From contig NZ_DATBVQ010000060.1 in NCBI RefSeq assembly GCF_036515215.1, forward strand, positions 4,391 to 68,390: a DNA stretch of 64,000 bases, written 5' to 3'. Of the stretch, positions 9,409-20,635 are shown in pieces. Position 1 is the stretch's first letter. Each line of letters begins with the position of its first letter. The notes beneath the pieces were generated by a model that did no database searches, was not told where the DNA came from, and worked only from the letters and a program-made list of their open reading frames with translations. A program made the translations under genes and the position numbers. The stretch is from Flavobacterium sp. (GTDB taxonomy: Bacteria; Bacteroidota; Bacteroidia; Flavobacteriales; Flavobacteriaceae).

Positions 9409-9437
9409 CAAAAATACAGTTTTTTATAAAGAGCAAA
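9409..9437 (-). promoter_or_regulatory. Promoter of the thr leader/operon
   Basis: Minus-strand TATTTTTG (9416-9409) and upstream TTTG (9437-9434); the -7 element ends 10 nt before the leader ATG. Confidence 0.6.
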
Positions 9438-9869
9438 AAAACTTTTCTCTGTTTTTGCGAATATTTTAATAATCCAATGAGAATTTGCTTCCCGCTGAGC
9501 ATTTCTCATTTTATGCGCTTATTGGCGGGACAATCGGGATTTTTTCTCAAATGCAGAGTCTGCAAAAACGTGTTTATGATTCTTTTTTTTCAAATTAGGA
9601 TGCCAATTTGCCCTTGTTTCGACTTGATAAACAAGGTATTCGTTTATTATGTGGGCTAATTGCATTTTTGAATGCCGTTTGACACAGTAAAATGTAGGAG
9701 TTCGGCATATTTTTGAAACCGCATTGCCATAAAGGAAGAATATTCTTGTGATTTCTGCATCAAGTTCATTTAATCAATATTTTTTGACATAGTTTTTAAA
9801 TTATTGACAATATATGTTGCTTTTTAATATTGATTTATTGAATTTTGGCTACTCAAAATTCAATGCAAA

Positions 9870-11369
9870 ATGGACAATACACATTATATAAGTACTGAGG
9901 TGCTTTCTCTCGAAATAGTGCAAGAAATTATTTCGCAACACAAATTATTGGAATTGTCTGATGAGGCCAAAATAAACATTCAAAAATGTCGTGATTTTTT
10001 AGATAAAAAAATGGCTTCCCATTCGGAGCCTATTTATGGTATAAACACTGGTTTTGGGTCGCTTTGCAATGTGAAAATCTCAAACGAGAACCTATCTAAA
10101 CTGCAGGAAAACTTAGTGAAATCGCATTCTTGCGGTACCGGTGAAGAAGTCCCGACTGCCATTGTAAAATTGATGTTGTTGCTTAAAATTCAATCTTTGA
10201 GCTACGGACATTCGGGAATACAATTGCAAACGGTGGAGCGACTAGTTGCCTTTTACAACAATGATATATTGCCTGTAATTTACACCCAGGGTTCGTTAGG
10301 TGCCTCAGGGGATTTAGCTCCTTTGGCGCATCTGTCATTGCCGTTGTTAGGTGAGGGTGAAGTGTATTTTGAAGGCAAAAAAGTACATACAAGTGTGGTA
10401 ATGAAACACTTTGACTGGGAGCCAATCATATTGAAATCCAAAGAAGGTTTGGCTTTGTTGAACGGTACTCAATTCATGAGCGCATATGGAGTCCATATTT
10501 TAATGAAAGCGAACAAGTTCTCTTATTTGGCTGATCTAATAGCGACAATCTCTTTGGAAGGATTTGATGGTCGCATCGAACCATTTCATGAACTGATACA
10601 TTTCATCCGACCTCACAAAGGGCAAATTGTAACCGCTAGCCGCGTTAAAGGATTTTTGGAGGGCAGTGAAATCATCGAGCAAGAGAAAACGCATGTGCAA
10701 GATCCGTATTCTTTTCGTTGTATCCCCCAAGTTCATGGGGCTTCAAAAGACGCTTTCGAGTACGTGAAAAAAGTATTCAAGACAGAAATTAATTCGGTTA
10801 CGGACAATCCCAATATATTTATCGAAAGCGACCAAATTATATCCGGAGGTAATTTTCACGGACAACCTTTGGCATTGGCATTGGATTTTATGGCAATTGC
10901 TTTGGCTGAATTAGGAAGTATTTCAGAGAGAAGGACCTATCAATTGATTTCAGGATTGCGCAATCTGCCTGCATTTTTGGTGGACAATCCCGGATTGAAT
11001 TCCGGATTGATGATTCCCCAATACACGGCAGCCAGCATTGCAAGTCAGAACAAACAATTGGCGACACCATCAAGTATTGACAGTATAGTATCGAGCAATG
11101 GCCAAGAAGACCATGTAAGTATGGGAGCAAACGGAGCCACAAAAGCATTGAGAGTGATGGATAATATCGAGCGCATTTTGGCAATAGAGTTAATGAATGC
11201 ATCCCAAGCCATTCAATTCAGAAGACCCTTGCAATCCGGCGATTTTATCGAAATGTTTTTAACGGCCTACAGAGAAGAGGTTCCTTTTATAAGAGAAGAC
11301 CGCATTTTGCATTATGATATCGAAAAAACGGTGTCTTTCTTAAACAGTTTCCAGATCGAGGAAGATTGA
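9870..11369 (+). CDS. hutH: Histidine ammonia-lyase
   Basis: YGINTGFG, KSHS, GSLGASGDLAPLAH (ASG MIO triad), QDPYSFRC, GGNFHG, QEDHVSMG. Confidence 0.95.
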   Translation: MDNTHYISTEVLSLEIVQEIISQHKLLELSDEAKINIQKCRDFLDKKMASHSEPIYGINTGFGSLCNVKISNENLSKLQENLVKSHSCGTGEEVPTAIVKLMLLLKIQSLSYGHSGIQLQTVERLVAFYNNDILPVIYTQGSLGASGDLAPLAHLSLPLLGEGEVYFEGKKVHTSVVMKHFDWEPIILKSKEGLALLNGTQFMSAYGVHILMKANKFSYLADLIATISLEGFDGRIEPFHELIHFIRPHKGQIVTASRVKGFLEGSEIIEQEKTHVQDPYSFRCIPQVHGASKDAFEYVKKVFKTEINSVTDNPNIFIESDQIISGGNFHGQPLALALDFMAIALAELGSISERRTYQLISGLRNLPAFLVDNPGLNSGLMIPQYTAASIASQNKQLATPSSIDSIVSSNGQEDHVSMGANGATKALRVMDNIERILAIELMNASQAIQFRRPLQSGDFIEMFLTAYREEVPFIREDRILHYDIEKTVSFLNSFQIEED

Positions 11370-11396
11370 TTAGCTTAGTTTTTTAAAACAAAAAAT

Positions 11397-11442
11397 AAAA
11401 AAAAACCATCCGAATTTTTGAAATTGGATGGTTTCATTTTTT
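11397..11442. terminator. Bidirectional terminator between hutH and rimK
   Basis: AAACCATCC...GGATGGTTT stem flanked by A and T runs. Confidence 0.75.
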
Positions 11443-11461
11443 ATGTCAAATTAGAAATATG

Positions 11462-12853
11462 CTATATAGATTGGGGCCGAATTACTTTATTCTTGAAGTT
11501 CTTTTCGATGGCCTTAATCATTTCACCCGCTATATCTTTATTTGTCGCTCCTTCGATTCCTTCCAGTCCCGGAGAAGAATTAACCTCCAATAGTAAAGGA
11601 CCTTTTGAAGAACGGATGATATCGACCCCTGCCACTTTCAAATCCATCGCTTTTGCCGCTTTAATCGCGATGCGTTTTTCTTCCATGGTCACATTTATAA
11701 CCGAAGCGGTTCCGCCAAGATGAATGTTGGCTCTAAACTCACCAGGCATGGCTTCACGTTGTATTGAAGCTACCACTTTACCATCTATTACAAAACAACG
11801 AATGTCTTTTCCGTTCGCTTCTTTGATAAACTCTTGGACTAATATATTTGCATTAACGCTTTTAAAAGCATTGATTACACTTTCAGCAGCTTTTTTTGTT
11901 TCGGCCAAAACAACTCCTTTTCCTTGAGTTCCCTCCAATAATTTCACAATCAGCGGCGATCCTCCAACCATTTTGATTAAATCATTGGTATCTAATGGTG
12001 AATTGGCAAACCCAGTTGTTGGAATACCTATTCCGCTATTTAGGAGTAACTGTAGTGAATATAATTTGTCTCGAGATTGCGTAATTGCGCTTGCCGAGTT
12101 CAAACAAAATACTTTTAATGCTTCAAATTGTCTAGTTAAGGCGCATCCGTAAAAGGTGATGCTCGGTCGTATCCTTGGAATAATGGCGTCAAATTGGTTC
12201 AGAATTATCCCGCCTCTATAATGAATTTCTGGTGTATCCGCATCAAGTTTCATGTAGCATTCCTTGATGTTTAAAAAATGCATTTCGTGACCGCGCATTT
12301 CACCTGCCTCCATGATTCTTTTGTTGCTGTATAGTTCAGGGTTGCTTGCTAAAACACCAATTCTTAAGCCCGTTTTCGCTTTTTCGGTATTCTTATATAA
12401 CTCTTTAAGGCTGTCAGATGTAGGTTGGCCTAAAAGGTATTGTTGTTCAGGATCAACCAGAACTCTTCCGCTCATGGCTTCTCTTCCTAATAACATACGA
12501 AACCCCATTGAATCTCTATTGGTCAATGTCATTTCAATAGGCCATTGGGAATCCCCAATTTGTAAATTGGTTTGAATCACATAGCGTTGTTCTCTAAAGC
12601 CACTGGAGCTTTTTACGATTCGTTTGTCGATTAAAGGCGCCTCACAGTGGATAACTGTTTTGAGGTTGTTCTGAATCGGGTTGATGTCAAATCGGACCCA
12701 GTTAGCCTCGTTTTTGAGGAAAGGGGCTATGTTTATGGCATGTAAGGCAGATGTTTTTGCACCCGAATCTACACGTGCTTTTATTGTAGGAATTCCCAAT
12801 TCAGGAAATGAACACCATTCTTCGCTACCAAGGATTACTTTATTTTGTGACAT
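11462..12853 (-). CDS. rimK: RimK ATP-grasp glutamate ligase fused to an N-terminal RimB-like retropepsin domain
   Basis: N-terminal [16 protein letters not shown]...MLLGREAM; C-terminal [36 protein letters not shown]. Confidence 0.92.
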   Translation of the reverse strand: MSQNKVILGSEEWCSFPELGIPTIKARVDSGAKTSALHAINIAPFLKNEANWVRFDINPIQNNLKTVIHCEAPLIDKRIVKSSSGFREQRYVIQTNLQIGDSQWPIEMTLTNRDSMGFRMLLGREAMSGRVLVDPEQQYLLGQPTSDSLKELYKNTEKAKTGLRIGVLASNPELYSNKRIMEAGEMRGHEMHFLNIKECYMKLDADTPEIHYRGGIILNQFDAIIPRIRPSITFYGCALTRQFEALKVFCLNSASAITQSRDKLYSLQLLLNSGIGIPTTGFANSPLDTNDLIKMVGGSPLIVKLLEGTQGKGVVLAETKKAAESVINAFKSVNANILVQEFIKEANGKDIRCFVIDGKVVASIQREAMPGEFRANIHLGGTASVINVTMEEKRIAIKAAKAMDLKVAGVDIIRSSKGPLLLEVNSSPGLEGIEGATNKDIAGEMIKAIEKNFKNKVIRPQSI

Positions 12854-12884
12854 ATGTTAATTTGTTTGAGCTGTAATTAATGTT

Positions 12885-12892
12885 CAAATGTA
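12885..12892 (-). promoter_or_regulatory. -7 promoter element (TACATTTG) for rimK
   Basis: TAnnTTTG match ending 31 nt upstream of the start. Confidence 0.55.
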
Positions 12893-12934
12893 AATATTTG
12901 TTTTTAATAATAACGGGGAATTGATATAAAGAAT

Positions 12935-12967
12935 AAACCCGCTATGTTATAAAAACGTAACGGGTTT
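12935..12967 (-). terminator. Terminator after clpC
   Basis: AAACCCG...CGGGTTT inverted repeat. Confidence 0.6.
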
Positions 12968-12992
12968 GCTTTTTGATCGCTGATTAAACTTT

Positions 12993-15542
12993 TTATTGAT
13001 TTGTAGGTTCCTCAGCTTTATGAACTTTTACGGTCAATTCTTGTGCGCCATCTTCAATGTCCATGAAAATGTCGTCGCCCGAAGCAATTTTAGAAGTGAT
13101 AATCTCTTCTGCAAGTGCGTCTTCTACGTATTTTTGGATGGCTCTTTTTAATGGTCTTGCGCCAAATTGTCTGTCAAAGCCTTTTTCTGCAATGAATGCT
13201 TTCGCTTTATCCGAAAGGCTCAAATTATAACCTAATTCAGACACTCTAGCATATAGTTTTTTCAATTCAATTTCGATAATCAGATCGATATCGTGTTTCT
13301 CTAGAGCATTGAATACTATTACGTCATCGATTCTATTAAGGAATTCTGGCGCAAATGTTTTCTTTAACGCATTTTCAATAATGCTCTTAGAATTATCATC
13401 GGCTTGTGCCACTTTTGCTGCAGTACCAAAACCTACGCCTTGACCAAAATCTTTTAATTGTCGAGCTCCGACATTGGAAGTCATTATGATGATAGTGTTT
13501 TTGAAATCAATTTTTCGACCCAAACTATCAGTTAAATATCCATCATCAAGAACTTGCAATAACATATTAAATACATCTGGATGCGCTTTTTCTATCTCGT
13601 CCAACAGAACGACACAATATGGTTTTCTGCGAACTTTCTCTGTCAATTGCCCACCTTCTTCATAACCGACGTATCCCGGAGGAGCACCAACCAAGCGGGA
13701 GATTGCAAATTTCTCCATGTATTCACTCATATCGATTCGTACCAAAGCGTCTTCAGAATCAAATAATTCCTTTGCGAGTACTTTAGCCAATTGTGTTTTT
13801 CCAACTCCAGTCTGTCCAAGAAAGATAAACGAACCAATTGGTCTGTTCGGATCTTTCAACCCAGCACGATTTCTTTGGATGGAACGGGCAATTTTCATCA
13901 CTGCCTCATTTTGACCAATAACATTACTTTCAATAAGTTCAGGTAATTTGGCCAGTTTGTTGCTTTCCGTTTGCGCGATGCGATTCACGGGGATTCCAGT
14001 CATCATCGATACTACATCTGCGACATTGTCTTCTGAAACTTCAATTCGGTTGTTTTTCGCATCTTCTTCCCATTGTTCTTGGGCTACAGCCAATTCTTTT
14101 TCGATGCGTTTTTCATCGTCGCGAAGCTTGGCCGCTTCCTCATATTTTTGTTTTTTGACAACGACATTTTTTAATTCTCGAATATCCTCTAACTGGCGTT
14201 CCAGATCCAGGATTTTTTTAGGAACCTCGATATTGGTGATATGCACACGGGAACCCGCCTCATCTAAAGCGTCAATTGCCTTGTCCGGCAAGAATCGTTC
14301 GGACATGTACCTATTCGTTAATTTTACACAGGCCTCAATTGCCTCGGGAGTGTAAGTAACGTTATGGTGGTCTTCGTATTTGTTTTTGATATTGTTCAGA
14401 ATTGTGATCGTTTCTTCAACAGAAGTTGGTTCTACGATTATCTTTTGAAAACGTCTTTCTAAAGCGCCGTCTTTTTCGATATACTGTCTGTACTCGTCAA
14501 GTGTGGTAGCCCCAATACATTGAATTTCTCCTCTTGCCAAAGCAGGTTTAAACATATTGGATGCATCCAAGGAACCGGTAGCTCCACCAGCGCCAACGAT
14601 AGTGTGTATTTCATCTATAAAAAGGATGATGTCGTCATTTTTTTCCAATTCGTTCATCACTGCTTTCATGCGCTCTTCAAACTGTCCTCTGTATTTAGTA
14701 CCTGCAACAAGACTGGCTAAATCTAGAGTTACGACGCGTTTGTTAAACAAAATTCGTGAAACTTTCTTTTGTATGATGCGTAAGGCTAAACCTTCTGCAA
14801 TGGCAGATTTACCAACACCTGGCTCACCGATAAGGAGCGGGTTGTTCTTTTTGCGTCGGCTCAAAATCTGGCATACGCGCTCAATTTCTTTTTCTCGCCC
14901 CACAACAGGGTCTAGTTTTCCTTCTTCAGCCATTTCGGTTAAATCCCTTCCGAAATTGTCCAAAACGGGTGTTTTAGACTTTTTGTTGGATTTATTGGCG
15001 GGATTATTAAAATTCCCTTCTTTTAGACTGTCATCTTGTCCTGAATCATCATTGTATGAGTCAGTTGCTCTTGGTAAATTCTCTAAGAATTCTTCTTCGC
15101 TTGGTGTCATATTTATATATTGTTCTTTAGCTACGTCATAATCAATTTTTAATTTATTCAATAGCTTGGTTGTCGGATCGTTTTCATTTCTTAGAATACA
15201 TAATAATAAATGAGCTGTGCTTACGGAAGAGCTTTGAAATACTTTTGCTTCTAAAAAAGTTGTTTTCAATGCGCGCTCCGCCTGACGGGTCAAATGAAGG
15301 TTTTTCTTCTCAATATTTGTATCTATAGTAGGGTTTGCAGGGCTTAGTACTTCTACTTTTCTGCGTAAATGGTCTAAATCAATAGACAGGTTATTTAAAA
15401 TTTGAATTGCTTTGCCACTTCCATCGCGAAGGATACCTAGCATCAAGTGTTCTGTTCCAATGAAGTCATGACCTAGTCGCAAGGCTTCCTCCTTGCTATA
15501 GGTAATAACATCTTTTACTCTTGGTGAAAAATTATCATCCAT
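12993..15542 (-). CDS. clpC: ATP-dependent Clp protease ATP-binding subunit ClpC
   Basis: Clp-N repeats, two Walker A motifs (GEPGVGKS, GQTGVGKT), UVR coiled coil, GVGF ClpP-binding loop. Confidence 0.93.
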   Translation of the reverse strand: MDDNFSPRVKDVITYSKEEALRLGHDFIGTEHLMLGILRDGSGKAIQILNNLSIDLDHLRRKVEVLSPANPTIDTNIEKKNLHLTRQAERALKTTFLEAKVFQSSSVSTAHLLLCILRNENDPTTKLLNKLKIDYDVAKEQYINMTPSEEEFLENLPRATDSYNDDSGQDDSLKEGNFNNPANKSNKKSKTPVLDNFGRDLTEMAEEGKLDPVVGREKEIERVCQILSRRKKNNPLLIGEPGVGKSAIAEGLALRIIQKKVSRILFNKRVVTLDLASLVAGTKYRGQFEERMKAVMNELEKNDDIILFIDEIHTIVGAGGATGSLDASNMFKPALARGEIQCIGATTLDEYRQYIEKDGALERRFQKIIVEPTSVEETITILNNIKNKYEDHHNVTYTPEAIEACVKLTNRYMSERFLPDKAIDALDEAGSRVHITNIEVPKKILDLERQLEDIRELKNVVVKKQKYEEAAKLRDDEKRIEKELAVAQEQWEEDAKNNRIEVSEDNVADVVSMMTGIPVNRIAQTESNKLAKLPELIESNVIGQNEAVMKIARSIQRNRAGLKDPNRPIGSFIFLGQTGVGKTQLAKVLAKELFDSEDALVRIDMSEYMEKFAISRLVGAPPGYVGYEEGGQLTEKVRRKPYCVVLLDEIEKAHPDVFNMLLQVLDDGYLTDSLGRKIDFKNTIIIMTSNVGARQLKDFGQGVGFGTAAKVAQADDNSKSIIENALKKTFAPEFLNRIDDVIVFNALEKHDIDLIIEIELKKLYARVSELGYNLSLSDKAKAFIAEKGFDRQFGARPLKRAIQKYVEDALAEEIITSKIASGDDIFMDIEDGAQELTVKVHKAEEPTNQ

Positions 15543-15802
15543 AATTTATGTATTGATTGTATGTGTAAATTTAGTGAATTACCATTTTAAAAACAAAAAT
15601 CGTTCCTTAAGAAGTCATGTCAGCTAATTGACGAAAAAATGATGAAATAGAGTCAAAAAAAGCACTTTTTTTATTAAACAAAAACAAGTCCAATTTTGTT
15701 AATAAATCATTGAAATAAGTATGTTAAAATACTTTCAAAAATTTCAAAAAGCCGTATATTGGCACGTTTTGAAACTAATATAATTTTTTAATATAACAAC
15801 TT

Positions 15803-18424
15803 ATGTCTGAAGGAGAAAAGTTAATTCCTATTAACATTGAAGATGAAATGAAAACAGCTTACATCGATTATTCGATGTCAGTAATTGTGTCAAGAGCGCT
15901 TCCAGATGTTAGAGACGGCTTGAAACCAGTACATCGAAGAGTACTTTTTGGAATGCATGATTTAGGCGTTAATTCACGATCTGCACATAAAAAGTCCGCA
16001 AGAATCGTCGGGGAAGTTTTAGGAAAGTATCACCCACACGGAGATACCTCCGTTTATGATGCCATGGTTCGTATGGCTCAAGAATGGAGTTTACGTTATT
16101 TATTAATTGACGGTCAAGGTAATTTTGGGTCCGTGGATGGAGATAGTCCCGCAGCGATGCGTTATACGGAGGCCAGAATGCGCAAGATTTCTGAAGAAAT
16201 TTTGGCGGATATAGATAAAGAAACTGTTGATTTTAAATTGAATTTTGACGATACATTAGAAGAACCAACGGTTATGCCGACTCGTGTTCCTACCTTATTA
16301 ATAAATGGGGCAACTGGAATTGCAGTAGGTATGGCAACCAATATGCCGCCTCACAACTTAACTGAGGTGATCAACGGTACATTGGCCTATATGGACAATA
16401 ATGATATTGAGATTGACGAATTAATAAATTATATAAAAGCGCCAGATTTTCCTACAGGTGGTATAATATATGGTTATGAAGGCGTTCGTGAAGCGTTCAA
16501 AACGGGTAGAGGTAGAGTAGTGATGCGCGCCAAAGTTGGTTTTGAGGAAGTGGATGGTCGTGAGTGTATCATTGTTACCGAAATTCCATACCAAGTCAAC
16601 AAGGCAGACATGATCAAGCGTACTGCGGATTTGGTTAACGATAAAAAAATTGAAGGGATAGCAAACATACGTGACGAATCGGATAGAAACGGTATGCGTA
16701 TCGTTTACATCTTGAAGCGTGACGCTACACCTAACGTAGTTTTAAATACGCTATATAAATATACGCAACTGCAATCGTCTTTTAGTGTAAATAATATTGC
16801 AATTGTAAAAGGTCGTCCTCAAATGTTAAATTTGAAAGACCTTATTCATTATTTTGTAGAGCACCGTCATGATGTAGTGACTCGCAGAACGCAATTTGAA
16901 TTGAAAAAAGCGGAAGCAAGAGCACATATTTTGGAAGGTTTGATTATCGCTTCAGATAATATCGACGAGGTAATTGCCTTAATCAAAGCGTCAAAAAGTA
17001 CTGAAGAGGCAAGAGAAAAATTAATCGAAAGATTTAATTTGTCCGATATTCAATCTCGTGCTATTGTAGAAATGCGTTTGCGTCAATTGACAGGTCTTGA
17101 ACAAGACAAGTTAAGAACCGAGTACGATGAAATCATGAAGTTGATAGAGCATTTAAAAGCTTTGCTTGCTGATGTAAACTTAAGAATTGCTTTGATTAAA
17201 GAAGAACTAGTTGAAATCCGTGATAAATATGGTGATGAGCGCCGTTCACAAATTGAATATTCTGGTGGTGATGTTAGTATCGAAGATTTAATTGCTGATG
17301 AAAATGTGGTGATTACCATTTCGCATGCAGGATACATAAAAAGAACCAACTTAACGGAATACAAAACTCAAAATAGAGGAGGAGTTGGTCAAAAAAGTGC
17401 TGGGACGAGAGATCAAGATTTCTTGGAGCACATGTTTGTGGCTACGAATCATCAATATATGATGTTCTTTACGCAAAAAGGGAAATGTTTTTGGATGCGT
17501 GTTTATGAAATTCCTGAAGGAAGCAAAACAGCCAAAGGTAGAGCCATTCAAAACCTTATAAATATTGAGAGCGACGATAAAGTGAAAGCTTTTATTTGCA
17601 CCCAAGATTTAAAAGACCAAGATTATATTAAGAGTCATAATTTGGTTATGGTAACCAAAAAAGGACAGGTTAAGAAAACATCATTAGAGAAATATTCTAA
17701 GCCAAGAGTGAATGGTGTTGCCGCAATTACAATTAGGGAAGGGGATGAGTTATTGGAAGCAAAATTAACAAATGGCGAGAGTCAAATCATACTTGCAGTT
17801 AAGTCAGGTAAATTAGTTCGTTTTGAAGAAACTAAGACCCGCCCAATGGGTAGAACCGCATCTGGAGTTCGTGGAATCACCCTAAAAGATGATAGTGATG
17901 AAGTTATTGGCATGGTTACTGTAAACGATATGAGCAGCGAGATTTTGGTTGTTGCCGAAAATGGTTACGGAAAACGTTCAAGTCTTGATGAATACAGGAT
18001 TACAAACCGTGGAGGTAAAGGGGTTAAAACTCTGAATATTACCGAAAAAACAGGAAATCTAATTTCTATTAACGCAGTTACTGATGCGGATGATTTAATG
18101 ATAATCAACAAATCAGGATTGACAATCAGAATGGCTGTCGAAGACTTGAGGGTTATGGGTCGTGCCACACAAGGGGTAAAACTGATCAACATCAAAGGTA
18201 ACGATTCAATCGCTGCTGTTACAAAAGTAATGAAAGACGATGCCGAAGAAACTGTGATTGATGAAGACGGAAATGTTGTTGAAGCTGCAGTTATCGAAAG
18301 AGTAAAACCAGTTCTTGAGGTTCTTGAAGATGAAGAAGGTGGTGATGAAGAGGGAGATTCCGATGATGAAGAAGTTGAGGAAGGCGATGTCGAAGAAGAT
18401 GATTCTGAAGATGACGAGGATTAA
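15803..18424 (+). CDS. gyrA: DNA gyrase subunit A
   Basis: [26 protein letters not shown] (catalytic Tyr), GyrA box QNRGGVG, acidic tail. Confidence 0.98.
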   Translation: MSEGEKLIPINIEDEMKTAYIDYSMSVIVSRALPDVRDGLKPVHRRVLFGMHDLGVNSRSAHKKSARIVGEVLGKYHPHGDTSVYDAMVRMAQEWSLRYLLIDGQGNFGSVDGDSPAAMRYTEARMRKISEEILADIDKETVDFKLNFDDTLEEPTVMPTRVPTLLINGATGIAVGMATNMPPHNLTEVINGTLAYMDNNDIEIDELINYIKAPDFPTGGIIYGYEGVREAFKTGRGRVVMRAKVGFEEVDGRECIIVTEIPYQVNKADMIKRTADLVNDKKIEGIANIRDESDRNGMRIVYILKRDATPNVVLNTLYKYTQLQSSFSVNNIAIVKGRPQMLNLKDLIHYFVEHRHDVVTRRTQFELKKAEARAHILEGLIIASDNIDEVIALIKASKSTEEAREKLIERFNLSDIQSRAIVEMRLRQLTGLEQDKLRTEYDEIMKLIEHLKALLADVNLRIALIKEELVEIRDKYGDERRSQIEYSGGDVSIEDLIADENVVITISHAGYIKRTNLTEYKTQNRGGVGQKSAGTRDQDFLEHMFVATNHQYMMFFTQKGKCFWMRVYEIPEGSKTAKGRAIQNLINIESDDKVKAFICTQDLKDQDYIKSHNLVMVTKKGQVKKTSLEKYSKPRVNGVAAITIREGDELLEAKLTNGESQIILAVKSGKLVRFEETKTRPMGRTASGVRGITLKDDSDEVIGMVTVNDMSSEILVVAENGYGKRSSLDEYRITNRGGKGVKTLNITEKTGNLISINAVTDADDLMIINKSGLTIRMAVEDLRVMGRATQGVKLINIKGNDSIAAVTKVMKDDAEETVIDEDGNVVEAAVIERVKPVLEVLEDEEGGDEEGDSDDEEVEEGDVEEDDSEDDED

Positions 18425-18476
18425 CAAAGCAATTATAATAAACAAGAATAATTTTTAAACAAAAAACAAGAATACC

Positions 18477-19748
18477 ATGAAAAGTAAATATGTAATATTA
18501 GCGTCAGCTTTATTAATCTCAGTTGCTACTTTTGCGCAGAAAGATGAAATAAAAGCAGCCGAAAAAGCATTAAAAAAAGGAGAGTCAAAAGAAGCTGCAA
18601 CTATTTTACAAGGTGCTGAATCTTTGATTTCTAGTGCATCAGATGCTGAAAAAGCCCAGTTTTTCTTCGTGAAAGGAAACGTTTATTTAGACTTGGCAAA
18701 CAAGGGTATCGATGCAGATAAGAACTTGTCTTTAGCCGCGTCGGCGTATTCCGATTTAATAGCTGCGGAAAATACATCAGGAAAATCAAAATATTCTACT
18801 GAAGCCGCTAAATCAATAACGCAAATTAAATACAAGTTAATAAACAATGCGATTGCCGATTCCAAAGCTGAAAAGCATGCAGAGAGCGCAAAAAAATTGT
18901 ACGATGCGTACTTGTTGGATAAAAAAGACACCCTAAATCTTTACTATGCAGCTTCTACTTATGTAAACGCAAAGGATTATGACACAGCGTTAAAAATGTA
19001 CGAAGAGTTGAAGAAATTGAACTATTCCGGAAAAGGAACAAATTATTTAGCGGTAAATAAATTAACCGGCGAAGAAGATCTTTTTACTACCGCTCAGGAA
19101 AGAGACAGAATGGTGAAAATGGGAACCCATGAAAAACCTACAACAGAGGTTATTCCTTCAAAAAGAGGCGAGATATACAAAAACATGGCTTTAATTCTGG
19201 TTCAGAACGGTAAAACAGAAGAAGCAAAAAAGGCTATAGCAGAAGCAAGAGCTGCAAATCCTGACGATACCTCATTAATTTTAACAGAAGCAAACCTTTA
19301 TTTGGAAACTAAGGATTTTGACACCTATAAGAAATTAATAAGCGAAGTGTTAGCTAAAAACCCTAACGATGCGGATTTAGTCTTTAATCTTGGTGTACTT
19401 AGCGCCAATGCTAAAAATACCGTTGAAGCAGAAAAGTATTATGAAAGAGCGATCGAAATTAATCCTAAATACCTTAACGCTTATATAAATATGGCGGCAT
19501 TGAAGTTGGAGGCTGAAGGGGCGATAATTAATGAAATGAATAAATTGGGAACTTCAGATAAGGATATGAAGCGTTATACTGTTCTGAAAACACAGAGACA
19601 AAACATATTTAAAGCAGCGATACCATATCTGGTAAAGGCTTTAGAGATAGACCCTAAAAATCAAGACGTTTCAAAGACTTTGTTAGGGGTTTACAGTGCC
19701 TTAGAAATGACTGCTGAGAAAAAAGCTTTAGAAGCTAAAATGAAATAA
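18477..19748 (+). CDS. Exported tetratricopeptide repeat protein
   Basis: Signal peptide ending TFA-Q; several TPRs (e.g. AEKYYERAIEINPKY). Confidence 0.85.
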   Translation: MKSKYVILASALLISVATFAQKDEIKAAEKALKKGESKEAATILQGAESLISSASDAEKAQFFFVKGNVYLDLANKGIDADKNLSLAASAYSDLIAAENTSGKSKYSTEAAKSITQIKYKLINNAIADSKAEKHAESAKKLYDAYLLDKKDTLNLYYAASTYVNAKDYDTALKMYEELKKLNYSGKGTNYLAVNKLTGEEDLFTTAQERDRMVKMGTHEKPTTEVIPSKRGEIYKNMALILVQNGKTEEAKKAIAEARAANPDDTSLILTEANLYLETKDFDTYKKLISEVLAKNPNDADLVFNLGVLSANAKNTVEAEKYYERAIEINPKYLNAYINMAALKLEAEGAIINEMNKLGTSDKDMKRYTVLKTQRQNIFKAAIPYLVKALEIDPKNQDVSKTLLGVYSALEMTAEKKALEAKMK

Positions 19749-19766
19749 CACATTTTGCATTAGAAC

Positions 19767-19803
19767 AAAAAAAACCTATCTGATTTCAGATAGGTTTTTT
19801 TTT
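19767..19803. terminator. Bidirectional terminator
   Basis: A8-CCTATCTGA-TT-TCAGATAGG followed by a T run, between convergent genes. Confidence 0.85.
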
Positions 19804-20563
19804 ATATTATTTTTTTGATAACTCGGAGTTTGTGTGTGTGTTTGTTAATCTCCGCATTGTAAATTCCGAGATGATCCAGTCGATCGATTCTTACTTTTCC
19901 GCTGGCGTGGATAATATAATTGTTTTCCATTATTATGCCCACGTGTATGATATTGCCTTCCTCATTATCAAAAAATGCCAAATCCCCGGGTTCGCTTTCC
20001 TCTATAAAACTGAGTGCTTCTCCTTGTGTTGACTGCTGTGAGGCGTCGCGTAACAATTTATAGCCATTTAGTTTATATACCATTTGGGTAAAACCGGAGC
20101 AATCGATTCCAAAAGGAGTTTTTCCGCCCCAAAGATAGGGCGCGTTTAAATATAAAAAGGCTGTGTCTATCAGGTTTTTTTTATCCTTGATTCCTTGAAC
20201 CTTGGTTCCTTCAAAATCAAAATTGGTCGTGTTTATTTCGTCATGATCGATAAACGATAATGAAGATCCTAGTGGAATTGGGATCAACAAATTAGAAGCG
20301 CCAGTTACGTATTCGATTAAATCGGAATTTAATACAATTGAATCATCGGAAAGTAAATCGTAGCTCGATTCAGAAATGTTTTGATATTGTTTTGAATCGA
20401 CCCATCCTTCGTATCCGTCAAATTGCATTTTGATGCGGGACCACTGTTTTGATTGCTCTAAAATTTCGAAATGTTCCCCAAACAAAACTTGGGACACGAT
20501 TTCACTTTTATCATTTGCTTCAAACCGAAGTGGTATTATAGCCAGATTACAAATTCCGAACAT
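19802..20563 (-). CDS. NlpC/P60 (C40) peptidase with N-terminal SH3-like domain
   Basis: PYLWGG, GIDCSGF, LRDASQQ, HVGI, IIHASG. Confidence 0.9.
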   Translation of the reverse strand: MFGICNLAIIPLRFEANDKSEIVSQVLFGEHFEILEQSKQWSRIKMQFDGYEGWVDSKQYQNISESSYDLLSDDSIVLNSDLIEYVTGASNLLIPIPLGSSLSFIDHDEINTTNFDFEGTKVQGIKDKKNLIDTAFLYLNAPYLWGGKTPFGIDCSGFTQMVYKLNGYKLLRDASQQSTQGEALSFIEESEPGDLAFFDNEEGNIIHVGIIMENNYIIHASGKVRIDRLDHLGIYNAEINKHTHKLRVIKKII

Positions 20564-20587
20564 TTAGGTTAATTTATTAGTTAAGAA

Positions 20588-20622
20588 TTATGCGTTATAG
20601 GTTTTAATTCTATAACGCATAA
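20588..20622. other. 13-bp perfect intergenic hairpin
   Basis: TTATGCGTTATAG-N9-CTATAACGCATAA between co-oriented genes; no clear U tract on the sense strand. Confidence 0.6.
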
Positions 20623-20635
20623 GTTATGATTGTTT

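Noticed and set aside
9399-9509. N-terminal extension of the 71-aa ORF call 9294..9509
   Set aside because: The promoter element at 9409-9416 lies inside it; only the 34-aa part from ATG 9398 is credible
9354-9659. 101-aa plus-strand ORF between thrA and hutH
   Set aside because: Phe/Cys-rich translation of AT-rich regulatory DNA, overlapping the thr promoter and leader
15697-15727. Recurrent TGTTAA pairs upstream of gyrA, the OMP gene and the histidine kinase
   Set aside because: Spacing is inconsistent (25, 32 and 23 nt) and the word is common in AT-rich DNA; enrichment cannot be shown by eye
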